From: Tubiluchus corallicola
Taxonomy: Eukaryota; Animalia; Priapulida
DNA: 64,000 nt
Assembly (NCBI GenBank): GCA_030141605.1
Contig: JAQGDQ010000397.1
Span: forward strand, 1 to 64,000
Direction: 5' to 3'
A model generated the notes under the pieces. The model ran no database searches and was not told where the DNA came from. It worked only from the letters and a program-made list of their open reading frames with translations. The position numbers were made by a program, and so were the translations under genes. Below, in pieces: positions 27,447 through 38,844 of this stretch. The number at the start of each line of letters is the position of its first letter. The first letter of the stretch is position 1.

Positions 27447-28534
27447 ATTAGATTAGGGGGGCAGTGGTGTCGGGGAGATTGTATAGGATGGAAAAATCCC
27501 ACCCCCCGACACATTGCTGAGGCCTTCGACAGGCCCATTGCAATTATTCACTGCTATACGTCTATTGGTCGTACTCGGCAAGCCTTCCACCTTGCTTCAG
27601 ATACGCCGCTAGTTTTTTCAGGTTTAAGTTCTCTACAACTGCTCTAAGTGTTGTATTTTTATTTCCCAGACATTTGATACGAGCACCCTGGTAGGCGGTG
27701 CATCGTCCCACGTGATGGTCCGGTGTTTCGTCTTCCTGACCACATTTCGGGCAAATCGCGGATTGTGCTCGACAAGTGGTTTTTTTATGTTTTTGGAGAT
27801 TACAGTGTCCGGTTAGGACCTGTATAACCATGTTGAGTTGAGTTCTACTGAGACTCAGGAGCCTATTGCAGACTCGGGCCGAGGCCCAGCCCACATGTTC
27901 CTTTGTTCTCTTGCAGTCCTCACGATTATTCCACGACGTTTCCCATCGTTTTAGACTCCATCCCTTAATCGCGTAGACACAGCTAGCATAAGGGACGGGC
28001 AGATAGGGTTCTGGTCCCTCTGGAGAGAGCTCAGATCCCTTTTTAGCAAGCTTGTCCGCCTCTTCGTTACCATGTACTCCTTCGTGTCCAGGAATCCATG
28101 TAACCAAGACTCGGTTTCTTTTTCCAAGTATGTTCAAGTTTTCAACACAACGTAAAACCGAGATAGATTTTACTGTATTGTTTTCAGTAGCTTTAATAGC
28201 CGCCTGGCTGTCTGACAGGATGACTATTGATTGATTCTGGAGTCCTTCCGAAGACATTATCTCCGCCGCTTGTGAGATGGCGAAAACTTCTGCCTGGAAA
28301 ACAGTACTCAATTTCCCAAGATAGAAGAACTCCTCCAATACTCTGGACTCAGTCGGATACTCGATACGTATACCTGCACCGATCCTTCCGCCCAGTTTGG
28401 AACCATCGGTATAACACCTGACACAGTTCCTATCCATTTCGCCTTCTGATTTGATAGCGATTTCTCTTTCCTGAATCTGGCATTCGAAATTTCTTTCGAA
28501 CACGCGTGTTCTTTTTCTTAAATCACCCGGCATA
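27447..28534 (-). mobile_element. 5'-truncated LOA/Lian-type non-LTR retrotransposon: RNase H plus CCHC knuckle, 3' UTR and tail
   Basis: Uninterrupted frame with YTDGS, VFQAEVFAI, SDSQAA, WIPGHEGVHGNEEADKLAK, LTGHC and CPKC....ETPDHHVGRC; stop at 27562. GC-rich 3' UTR ends in (CTAAT)2. The first ~29 codons of the listed ORF are flanking repeat DNA. Confidence 0.9.
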
Positions 28535-29840
28535 TGCAACAGTTGGAGGTCGCGCCTATAGCTATTGCATACATCGATATGACTTACAAATATTATTTTT
28601 TTCTGTAAAATATAGTGCATTCAAGAAAGTGTGAAAAAAGCTATGATTGGAGCTTAATATTAAAATGCTTCATAGAGTACCCCAGTCTCTCTATTACCGG
28701 CGTACCGTTTGACTTTCCCACGAGTAAATGCAACGAGAGTCATACATGCGCAGTGTCGTTCCTAACAGGACAGTTCCGCTCTCTTCCCCTATTTTCCGTT
28801 CTGTGCAAGATGTCTGCGCGGTGCTAAATTTGGAGTGTTTCAATGCTAACCAAAGCGAAACACACAAGTTCATAAAGATATAAACCTGCTTTTTGGTATC
28901 AGGCTAGTTAATAATGAATTTTGTCATCAAGTGTTTCTCATGATGTCAGTGGGCCATTAGCAGCTCTGAATTTAGCACATAGACCTCTAAAATGATTATA
29001 TAAAAGCCTCTCGTGAGGTATTGATTATAATCATTATGAACTGTGAACCATCATTTCTCTAAGTTGTTTGTTTGTTTGTTAACTTTGATTAGTCTGTCAA
29101 TAATAAAATTAAAGCAAGTGTTTCTCATGAAGCTTTATAAAATTTCATAGTTTGGAAAAATCCCAAAACGTAAATTCAAGGAACTCCCCACTTTTTGATT
29201 CTTACCGCGCAACCAAAAAGCTGTGATTTGAAATGTCATTAATGGTGTTTATATAATAAATTATGTATATAATGTAATTATTTTAGAGATAAATGCTTTG
29301 CGAAGCTCAGCTATCTTATGGAAACTATTCTTTCGTTTAGACAAACACACAGCAATGTTAAAAACAGTTTGCAAAATTTAGTTCAGCTGAAACTAGAAAA
29401 TTGCTTTCTGTAATAAGGAAATTTAATACAGAATGTTAGCATTTATTTTATTGAAAAATTAACTTTAGTGCCTTGACTTTCCAGTATTACATGTTAATGT
29501 TAATGTAAATGTTAATGTTCAGTCAAATGAATTTTGTGTTAAAATAAACTTATTGTTGACCAAATTTATGACCTCAGAAACCAGTAATTTATCAGCATTA
29601 ATGAAACTCCCATTGCCTTATACATAGTTTGAAGGGCAGAATAAATCTAGACAAAATTTATTTTTATTTAAACAATTTTCTTTTCCTTTTTAAATCCTTG
29701 CTACATTTCTGGTACCAGAACTTTTCATGATTATTTACAGCTTCAGCTAACTTAGATTAGCTGACTGTAAGATTAGCTTTACTTAGTTGTTATTTATTTA
29801 TAACATAAAATGTCAAATACCGAACCATTCGAGAGGCGCT

Positions 29841-30450
29841 GTCTGTACAAAGGAGGGCTGCTTAATTATAAATCTTGTATTTCAGTTGATCCTAAAACGC
29901 TAATCACACAACCCTACAAAATACGATTTTAATCTTCCACAATTTTCTCCAGAATTCGCATTAGAAACTTGTAATCCCGGCAAAACGCTGAATTGCCTCC
30001 AAACCTCTTAAGACACGCTCTCTGTACACAAAGAGGAGCTCATTGCTTTTTAAAATCTTCTAAAGTATTTGAGATGATGCGCCGTTCACACCCTGCAAAC
30101 AAATAAATATCTTATCTTATCCTCTCTGCACACAAAAGAGCAGCTTATTTATAATCCCTTTGAAGTGTTTACCAGAGTGGCGAGTTACTCCCTGCCGACA
30201 AAGAAAGATTTTAATCCCTAATAATTCTGTCTGGAATTTAATAATGACTTCAGAGATAATAACCCTCCCTTTTGAAACTTATAATCCTGGCGGCAGATTT
30301 CACAAAATTGCAGACATCTTGAGACGTGCTCCCTCTGCACACAAAGAGCAGCTTATTTATAATCCTTTTGAAGTGTTTACCTAACTGGCGAGTTACACTC
30401 AGCCGACAAAGAAAGATTTTAATCCCCAATAATTCTGTCTGGAATTTAAT
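29841..30450 (+). repeat. About 190-220-bp degenerate tandem satellite unit; further arrays at about 31725-32050 and 55765-56620
   Basis: Recurrent ctctgcacacaaaagagcagcttatttataatcc.tttgaagt and caaagaaagattttaatcc...ctggaatttaataat. Confidence 0.85.
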
Positions 30451-30874
30451 AATAATTGAAATCTTATGAAGTGCTGAGCTGAGACGCAGTTTATGCCATC
30501 ACGCGCCTCACACAAAGGAAAATTTTGATCCGTAACACAAATGAAACGTCCACGATAATCTGCTTATACAAACATTAGGCTAAAAACGTACGAGTGAAAC
30601 GTAGGCTGACAATAATAATCTCGCTTTTTGAAGTGGATCAGAAAATTTCACAACAATCTTAGCAGCTTGAGAAATGCTGGGTAACGACCAACCTTGAAAA
30701 TGATTGGTAAAATGATTTACTCCCTGAAATAAACGTTGAAGCACAAAAGTAACAACGTTTTAAAAACTTTCAATCTTTTGGATATTTGAAGAAACTTTTT
30801 TGACTGCAGTGTTAGTTCTTGTGGCTTGCCACTGCTTTCCTTTTTTACATAAATCCTTTTGGCAAAGGCTGTGT

Positions 30875-31135
30875 TGTCATCGTTCTTGTTCTTGGTACTG
30901 TGTACTGGTCCGTGTACTGTTACTGTTCTTCGTTCTATTGCCACTCTTGCTGTTATTGTTGTTGCTGTTGTCGTTGTCTTCATCGTCGTCGTTGCTGTTG
31001 CAGTTGGTGTTGTTGTTGTTGCTGTTGTTGTTGCTGTGGTTGGTGATGTTGTTGTTGTTCTTGCTGTTGCTATTGCTGCTGTTGCTGCTGCTGATGATGA
31101 TGACAGTGATTGCAATCATGATAATTATGTTGATG
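30875..31135 (+). repeat. (GTT/GCT/GAT)n trinucleotide microsatellite; another at about 32250-32370
   Basis: Direct reading; it produces spurious poly-V/L/C/T/N ORFs in all frames. Confidence 0.95.
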
Positions 31136-31369
31136 TCACACCTGTTGTTGAAGTTTCACATAATTAGTAAAAAGTGCGGTTGTTGTGAGTGTTAGCAGAA
31201 AAGTGCAGTTGTACAGAAAATAAGCAAAAAGTGCAGTTGTGCAGAATATATGTTTTTTAGTGCAGTAGTTGTGATAGTTAGCAAAAAAGTGCGGTTGCGC
31301 AGAAAATAAGTATTTGAGTGCGGTTGTTGTGGTTGTCAACAAAAAAGTGCGGTTGCACAGAAAATAAGC

Positions 31370-31725
31370 AGATGCAAATCAGTGCTTGAATGACCCAATG
31401 CTTCCGGACTATATCAGTTACAATCAGTCAACTTTTACAGCAGCTAGTAAACTAAAATTTTTTTCATAAAAATGCCCTGTCATTGTAATACTTCATATCT
31501 CAAAGCTGATGCAGATCCGTGTACAATTAACTAAATGCTTCGCATTCCGGACTATATCTGTAACAATCAGTTGACTTTTACAGCAGCTAGAAAACTAAAA
31601 TTCTTTTTTGTAAAAATGCCCTGTCATTGTAGTACTTCATACCTCAAAGCTGACGCAAATCACCAATCGAATAATTCAATGCTTCGCATTCTGGACTATA
31701 CCTGTTACAATCAGTCGACTTTTTA
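31370..31725 (+). repeat. About 145-bp tandem repeat, about 2.5 copies
   Basis: ggactata...acaatcagt..actttt occurs three times and aaaatgccctgtcattgta.tacttcata.ctcaaagctga.gca twice. Confidence 0.85.
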
Positions 31726-32301
31726 AAGTCTTCTAAACTAATTGAGCTAGGACCCGGTTTACGCTCTGCTCATAGAGAAAGATTTAATCTTCAGCAATTT
31801 CGTCTGGAATTTAATAATAATGAAACTCACAGAAAATAATAGCCCTCGCTTTTGAAATTTGTAATCTTTGCAATCTTGAGACGCGCTCTCTGCACACAAA
31901 AGAGCAGCTTATTTATAATCCTTTTGAAGTATTTAACTGAGTGGCAGGATAACTCCCTGCAGACAAAGAAAGATTTTAGTCCCCAATAATTTCGTCTGGA
32001 ATTTAATAACAATTGATATTCTGACAATAATAATAATCTCGTTTTTTGAAGGTTCAGCAAATTTCTCAACAATCTAACCTGCGTGAGATCTTCTGGGTAA
32101 TGACCAACCTTGAAATGTTTGCTCCCCTAAATAAACACTGAGACTTCAATTTCTGACAACTTTTGAAAATTTTAGAAGAAATTTCTCCTGTTGCTTCCCA
32201 CTCAATTCTTTTTTTATATATTCATTTTTGCAACAACTGTGTCGTCATTTTCATTGTTGCTGTTGCTGCTCCACCTTCTCTCACAAGCACAATTGTTTTC
32301 G

Positions 32302-32336
<35 letters not shown>

Positions 32337-32668
32337 ACTGCTGCTGCTGTTATCCTGATGATGATGACACTAATAATGTCGCTTTGGCTGTTGCTTTTCT
32401 TTCTACAAACTTTATACTTTTATATACATAATTCTGCAAGAAAAATTTGATGCTTTTATTCCCAGAAATAAGGTTTGTCTCAATATCAGTCTTGAGGCAG
32501 AATCTTAAGAAATCGTTTTTTTTATTTAATCCCTGAATGGGAGGCGGTCTATTAGCTCTAATAGTTTAAAATTGTAGCAAAATTGTCAGGCTTAAGAGGC
32601 ATTGCAAGCAACTATAATTGCTTCTTGTAAAATTTCACATTTCTTTGTTAGGTGGTTGTGTGTGTGTT

Positions 32669-32885
32669 TGTCAGAAAATGAGTGTGGTTGTCAGAAAATA
32701 AGTGTGGTTGTCAGAAATGGGAGTGGTTGTCAGAAATGAGTGTGGTTGTCAGAAAATGGGTGTGGTTGTCAGAAAATAAGTGTCGTTGTCAGAAAATGAG
32801 TGTGGTTGTCAGAAAATAAGTGTTGTTGTCAGAAATGGGTGTGGTTGTCAGAAAATAAGTGTTGCTGTCAGAAAATGAGTGTGGT
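32669..32885 (+). repeat. 19-20-bp minisatellite (gtcagaaaatgagtgtggtt)n; related arrays at about 31160-31370 and (reverse) 56625-56905
   Basis: About 11 tandem units read directly. Confidence 0.95.
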
Positions 32886-33392
32886 CCTCTTGGTGGACCT
32901 GTCCTAAAATATAGCCCACATCATCGTAAAGCCCTGTTCTTCCTTTTCCAAACAGCCATAATCTCCTTTCGAGAGTCCATACAGGCGCCGTTAGAACGTT
33001 TTTTCTGTAGGCAGTTTGTGCCAAAATTTCGAAAAAATTGGGAGTTGGGTTCGGGAAAATGCCCGTAGCGAGCATGTGTGGCCCTCCTGCGAAATTTAAA
33101 TTGACTATTACACTTACCATTGAACGGATTATTCAATGATTACCAGCATTGCCCCCGACGCATTCCCATTCTCTAGAAATAAGAGATACAATTTTTGCCA
33201 AAAATGTGTAAGAATGACTATATTTTGAGGTTTTTCATCCTCCGTTCCTCCCGGTTGGCCCGGTTCGAAAAATGAAACCTCATTGGCAAATCTGTGTGTT
33301 CGGACCTTTCATTTAATGTATAGATCCTAGAAAATGGTGTCGTCATTGGAGCTGTATATCTATACCACCGAAATTAAAATTTATGATTATAT

Positions 33393-33862
33393 ATAGCCAA
33401 ACCCCGCAAAATAATTTTGCACATAAACTCACAACAACAATTCACACTACACGACCCCACACAACCAGACACCACTCCACTCATAATACACCACCCACAC
33501 CACACCCACACCACATTCACACAACCACCACTCGCGACAAACATCCACCTAACCACCCATCACACTACTCACAATGCACCACCCTCACCCACACAACAGC
33601 AACACTCAACTCCACTAACAACACACCACCCACACCACACCACCCGCAGCAAACCACACCTACCACTCTACCACATTATCAGCACCACATCACACGCACC
33701 ACACTATCGATACCTCACCACATCACCCAAACCACACTACACCACACCACTCTGCCAACACCATATTTACCTACCACACTATCCACAACACAACAGCCAC
33801 AGCACATCACAGCAAAACATGCAAGACAATATTGCACAAAGTCGAGTCTGTGTGCTATAGTA
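33393..33862 (+). repeat. CA-rich-core dispersed element copy (same family as 1078-1490)
   Basis: Starts tagccaaaccccgcaaaataattttgcacataaac, then a CAC-rich core, then the terminal hairpin gcacaaag-tcgagt-ctgtgtgc. Confidence 0.55.
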
Positions 33863-35149
33863 AATTCTCTTAGTCTGCCTATCAATGATCAGTAATGCAT
33901 GAACAATCTACATAGTTTTGTTTGCTGTTTCTCAGAATATATTTAAGCTAACACCATTTAATTACATATAAAACCTACACCACTGTAGAACGGCAGGTGG
34001 CAACAATCCCTGGCACAGCCATGATACGTCTTCTGTCTGCGAGTTTGCTTATTTTTTCCCAGCATGTCAAACAGTTGCATAAATTCAGTTTCTCTAGAGG
34101 CTTTTTGAGCAGTTTTCTGCAAAATTTCCGTGGTTTTGGTCCATAAAAGTGCCGTCACTGGACGCCGTGGCCCTCACGCGAAATCTAAATATGACTATTA
34201 CACCCACTGATGAATGGGCTATTCAATCGTTACCAGGACCATCCCGGCTTGTTCCCCTAAAAATAAGAGGCATAACTATTGCAAGGTATAACTGTTTGAG
34301 CAGCTTTTTGCAAAATTTGAGTGGACGGGTCTGGGAAAATGCCCGTAGCAGGTACTATTGGCTCTATCCCTAAATCTAAATATGACTATTACACCTACCG
34401 TTGAACGGGCTATTCGCCCATTACCAGAACCGCCCCCGGCACATTCACGTTCTCTAGTATAAGTTTTGCAATTTTTTGAGATAAACGATCAAAAAATGGC
34501 CATTTTGGAGGTTTTTCGCCCCCCGTTCCTCACTGTGGGCCCGATTTGAAAAATAAAACCTAATGGTATGACACTAGATCGAGGCCTTTCGTTTGATATA
34601 TAGAAAATATATATAGCAAATGGTGCCGCCGTCTGAGCTGTAGCCTATATATATATACCACCGAAATTTATATATACAATAGCTGAAAAATACAAAAAAA
34701 ATAATATACATTTTTTTATTATAAGTTGACAAGCTAACAACTTAACATGCAATAAAAGTAGGCGCCCAACAAACATATTTGTAGGCGCATAATTAACAAT
34801 TATATAATACTACACAAACTGCCGCTATTACAACTCGTATTAATCATAAATTATGCGATGAAACTAAAAATACGGGTTAAGAGCCACATACATCACTGAG
34901 TAAAATAATTGTCTGATTGGTTGTGTATTTGCTGTTTTAGAGCTGCTAGCTGAATATTGTTGTTTCTCGTGGCAACACGTTTATTAAACATTAAACACAG
35001 TAAATGTCATGGTAGGCGGTATAACATTATCTAATTCATCTAAGTCACTGTCAGAAATATCACTGTGACTAATATCAGTCGTGGGCTCAGGTACATAATG
35101 CATTGTTGCTTTACATTTTGGTTTAGTCGATTTGTCAGCTGGTAAGTCC

Positions 35150-35740
35150 TATTGGTCAGAAATTAAATTAGCTTTCCTTAGGCGATCTGGAGGTACAATT
35201 TTAAACTTACCTAAATGGTATTATGAACGATTCTAAAGCGAGATTCATCTACTGTATTAATAATAATATAATACGGTGCCCAAGGCCTTTGTAACTTACT
35301 AGCTTCATTTGGATCTAAATTAGATTTGTGTAAAAAGACAGGGTCGCCTACCTTAAAATGTGGTACATGTGTCTTTTTATCATAACGGGTTTTATGGGTG
35401 AGGCGATTCTTGTGCATTAATTGTCCAGTTGCGTAAAAAGGCTTCATGCAAACGATTTAAATCTAGTTTAACTGGGTCAGTCCCGTAATATTTAGATCTG
35501 GGGGTTAGAATGTTATCTAAGCGTAGATCCGGGTGCCTATTATAAATTAAGAAATACGGGCGGTGTCCTGAAATTGTTCTCGATAATGTTCTTAACGCAA
35601 ATAAAGTGTGTGGCAAGTATTTAATCCAATCTGTAGATTTTTGTTGACAAACGTCTGCTAATTGCTGAATAATGGATCGATTCGCGTGTTCGGCTTGACC
35701 TTGGCTACGAGAATGATGTGGGTGCCTAATACTTGAATTA
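35150..35740 (-). mobile_element. Gypsy integrase C-terminal half, degenerate
   Basis: HPHHSRSQGQAEHANRSIIQQL...DWIKYLPHTLFALRT....SGHRPYFLIYNRHP; YDKK.....FKVGDPVFL; KLQRPW.PY.I. Confidence 0.85.
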
Positions 35741-35859
35741 CCTGAAATTCTACAATATTTACTTATAGAAATGTAATAAAATGTACAATTTTTGTATTTG
35801 TTGTGATGTTTGATTTTTATTGTTTGGTGTTAATTAATAGATCAATTGACAATAATAGA

Positions 35860-36790
35860 AATGAGTCAACAAATACACGTGCATTAATTTATTCTCATTA
35901 TTAAAATTAATCATATAAATAAATTATTTAACAACAAACACTGTAGTTCTTTTCCACATAAAATGACTAATATTGCAACTCTACGTGAGGTGTTTACCAA
36001 TCCGCTCTTATGACGTCGAGCAAAATCTAATGCTTAACTTAACAGCAAACATTGTAGATGTTTTCTTTGTGGAATGATTAGTATTGCATCTCTTCACTGA
36101 GGGAGATGTGATGGTTCTTGGTAATTCTCTTCTCTAACCACAACTAACAATTGTGTACATTAAGTTAATCACTTCATTAAATAAAGAACAATGGTCATTG
36201 TAGTTTTTTTATCCACAAAATGACTATTATTGTAGCTCTTCACTGACGGAGATGTGCTGGTTATTCTTAATTCCTTTCATCGAATATCTTTCAGTAAACC
36301 TGCCATTATGATGTCGAGCATCATCAACATAAGCCTTCTTGTCTGTTAAGGAGTTTATTGAATCAGAACAATGATTCATTTTACTGGCTTTCTTCACTAG
36401 ATGTGATGGTTGTAGGTAATTCCTTCCTATGGTGGTGGTATGGTGCACAATTAATGCCAGTTCAATTCATTAATCAACAAACTATACATTTGCGTTAATT
36501 TAAATCCTATTAATTAATTAAATCCAATCCTATTAACAACAATGATCATAGTAGTTATTTTCTCTACTAGACATGATGGACGTAGTTCTCCTTAGTAACT
36601 GTGAACTAATACATGTGCATTAATTTAAATCCTATTGTTTAATAGAAAATGATCATTGCTGTTGTTTTCTTCACAAATTGAAACTCTTCATTGTAGGAGA
36701 TGTGATGGTCGTTGGTAATTCTCTTCTGGGAGCATCTTTCATCAGTCCTTCATTATGGCGTCGAGTAAAATCCAAATAATTAACAAAAAT
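35860..36790 (+). repeat. Degenerate tandem array with units of roughly 100-200 bp
   Basis: Recurrent agatgtgatggt..t.ggtaattc, catt(g/a)tagtt.ttt and atga.gtcgagca blocks. Confidence 0.6.
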
Positions 36791-37115
36791 CACAGTATGG
36801 CAGTGGGAGTGTCGTCTCTAGACTTCACATCGTTTAAAGAAATTTTAAAATCTTGTCAATTAACACTAATTAATTACAAACAATAATTAAAGTTAATTAA
36901 TTACAAACAATCAATTATTAACATTGACAGGTGTGATACGTGGTGTACCACCTGTGATATAAGACGCTTTCGTTACGACACCACAAACACTTTTTTACTA
37001 CTAATTTCTGATACGTGCTGACACGTGGGTTCAGTGATAGCCAGTTTATTGGTGTTTCCGCCTCACGGCTCAAACACCTAACCCTTTGGTGTGTCAGTGC
37101 CCTTTAAATCACTTT

Positions 37116-37630
37116 CTGTCGCCACAGTAATTAAGTCTTGACTTCGATTGTTAATAAACGTTCGTCGGAAGCCATATTCGACGATTTCACTGGCCTAGCA
37201 CGTTCGACACACTGTGTTGAACCTGGTTTCAATTTCTAGAACAGGTAAAACTGGATGACCTTGTCCTTTAACACGACGATTCATTGGCTAGACAGCCTGT
37301 TCAGTTGAGCGTATGACCAATCGCTTACTTTCTTGGAAAGGAGATATAGGACAGGTATGAGGTGGGACCCTTCCCAGAGCTAACTAGGTGCATGCTCATA
37401 TATGTACAGTCACAACTTGCTTTACTGCAGTAGGTAAATTCACTTAACGAGTAATTAACTAATGACTCATTCAATTAACATAAGCAATTAGCTAAATTAA
37501 GCTATTAATGCAACCTAAGTATAGGACATACACAAAATCATACTAGAATACAGTTCAACTATATTAGAAAGGGTGGCAATGCTGCTCGGTAGTTCTTATA
37601 TTCCAGACTGACGTCACGGACGTCACAACA
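37116..37630 (-). mobile_element. Possible Gypsy 5' LTR plus PBS, belonging with the integrase relic at 35150-35740
   Basis: The reverse strand begins TGTTGTGACG at 37630 and has PBS-like TGGCGACA at about 37123-37116. No canonical CA end or second LTR was seen. Confidence 0.3.
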
Positions 37631-37714
37631 GGCATTTTTAAATATTTATTCATTTCCAAACAAAGAAAACTGTACTTATTCTCCATTTAACACCTGAACT
37701 TATCTCAACAAATT

Positions 37715-38100
37715 ATGGCTAGGGTTAAGACGGAAATAACGTAAACTGCCCAGAGATGGAAATAACTCTAACCACAGATGAAAATAACCCTAACCTACCC
37801 TAGATGGAAATAACCCTAACCTACCCTAGATGGAAATAACCCAAACCTAACCCTAGGTGAAATAACCCAAACCTGCACAGAGAACGGAAATAATGCTAAA
37901 GCACACAGAGATGGAAATAACCTTAACCATAGACAAAAATAACCCTAAACCTAGCCCTAGCTGTAACCCTAGCTCTAACCCAAATTTAGTAACCCTAACT
38001 TCTTGATATTCGAACAAGCGACCACCTAGCTCTAACCCTAGAGGAAAATAACCCTAACCCTAGATGGAAATAACCCAAGCCATAACCGTAACCCTAACCT
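37715..38100 (+). repeat. Degenerate interstitial telomere-like (TAACCC) minisatellite with units of about 25-30 bp
   Basis: Repeated agatggaaataaccctaacc(t/c) units plus ctctaacccta variants. Confidence 0.8.
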
Positions 38101-38844
38101 GCGGTGTCGTAGCACCATCCAGAGTCACAACATTTTCCTACTTAAATTAATGACCCGTGCAAATGGAAAACATCGAAGGTTAGAAATCAGATTCTTTTAA
38201 ATGCCAAACTAGAAAGATAAGTACGTGAAAACATGTTCATGTGCAAAAAACCATTTTACGTGTTATTGTTAACTTGTATCATTCTATATTTAAATTACTA
38301 TTAAGAATGTTTGCACTAGGTGGCAGCACAACTGTCTTTTAAAGTGTGGTTCGGACACTTAAATGAAGTTTCGATGACAAATGTCTAACTGACCTATCTA
38401 ACCTAGAGTATTATTTGTCCTAATTCTAGACGGACAAAAATTTAAACAAAATATTAACAAATTACAGCGTGGCAATGTTTAAACGATGATGAACAAGGGA
38501 GTGCTTTTTTACTGAGGTTCTGAATTTTTTTAAATTAAGTACAACAATCGAAAATATACTTTTACTTTTATCAAATATACAGCTGAAAACACTGTTGCAG
38601 TGCAACGTAAGAGTTTTGTCATGAGCACGCTAAACCAGGGCACTAAAATATTTTTGTTAGGTTCTTCATTTTGTAATTTTACTCATTATTTGCAGATTTA
38701 TCGTTATTAATTGTCAGACAATCTGCCATTACGAATATTCGATTATCACAATGAACTCAGTCATAAAAGAATCCTGACCACATTTGAGCTCAGGCAAAAA
38801 CGCGAAACTGAATAGGAACAAAAATTATTTCAGTAACAAAAAAT

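Noticed and set aside
32669-32885. Regular short repeats superficially like a CRISPR array
   Set aside because: Head-to-tail minisatellite with no unique spacers, no cas genes, and a eukaryotic context.
30717-33895. Many overlapping ORFs rich in T, V, L, C, N or H/T/P (mucin-like or His-rich appearance)
   Set aside because: They arise from trinucleotide and CA-rich repeats that are open in several frames on both strands.
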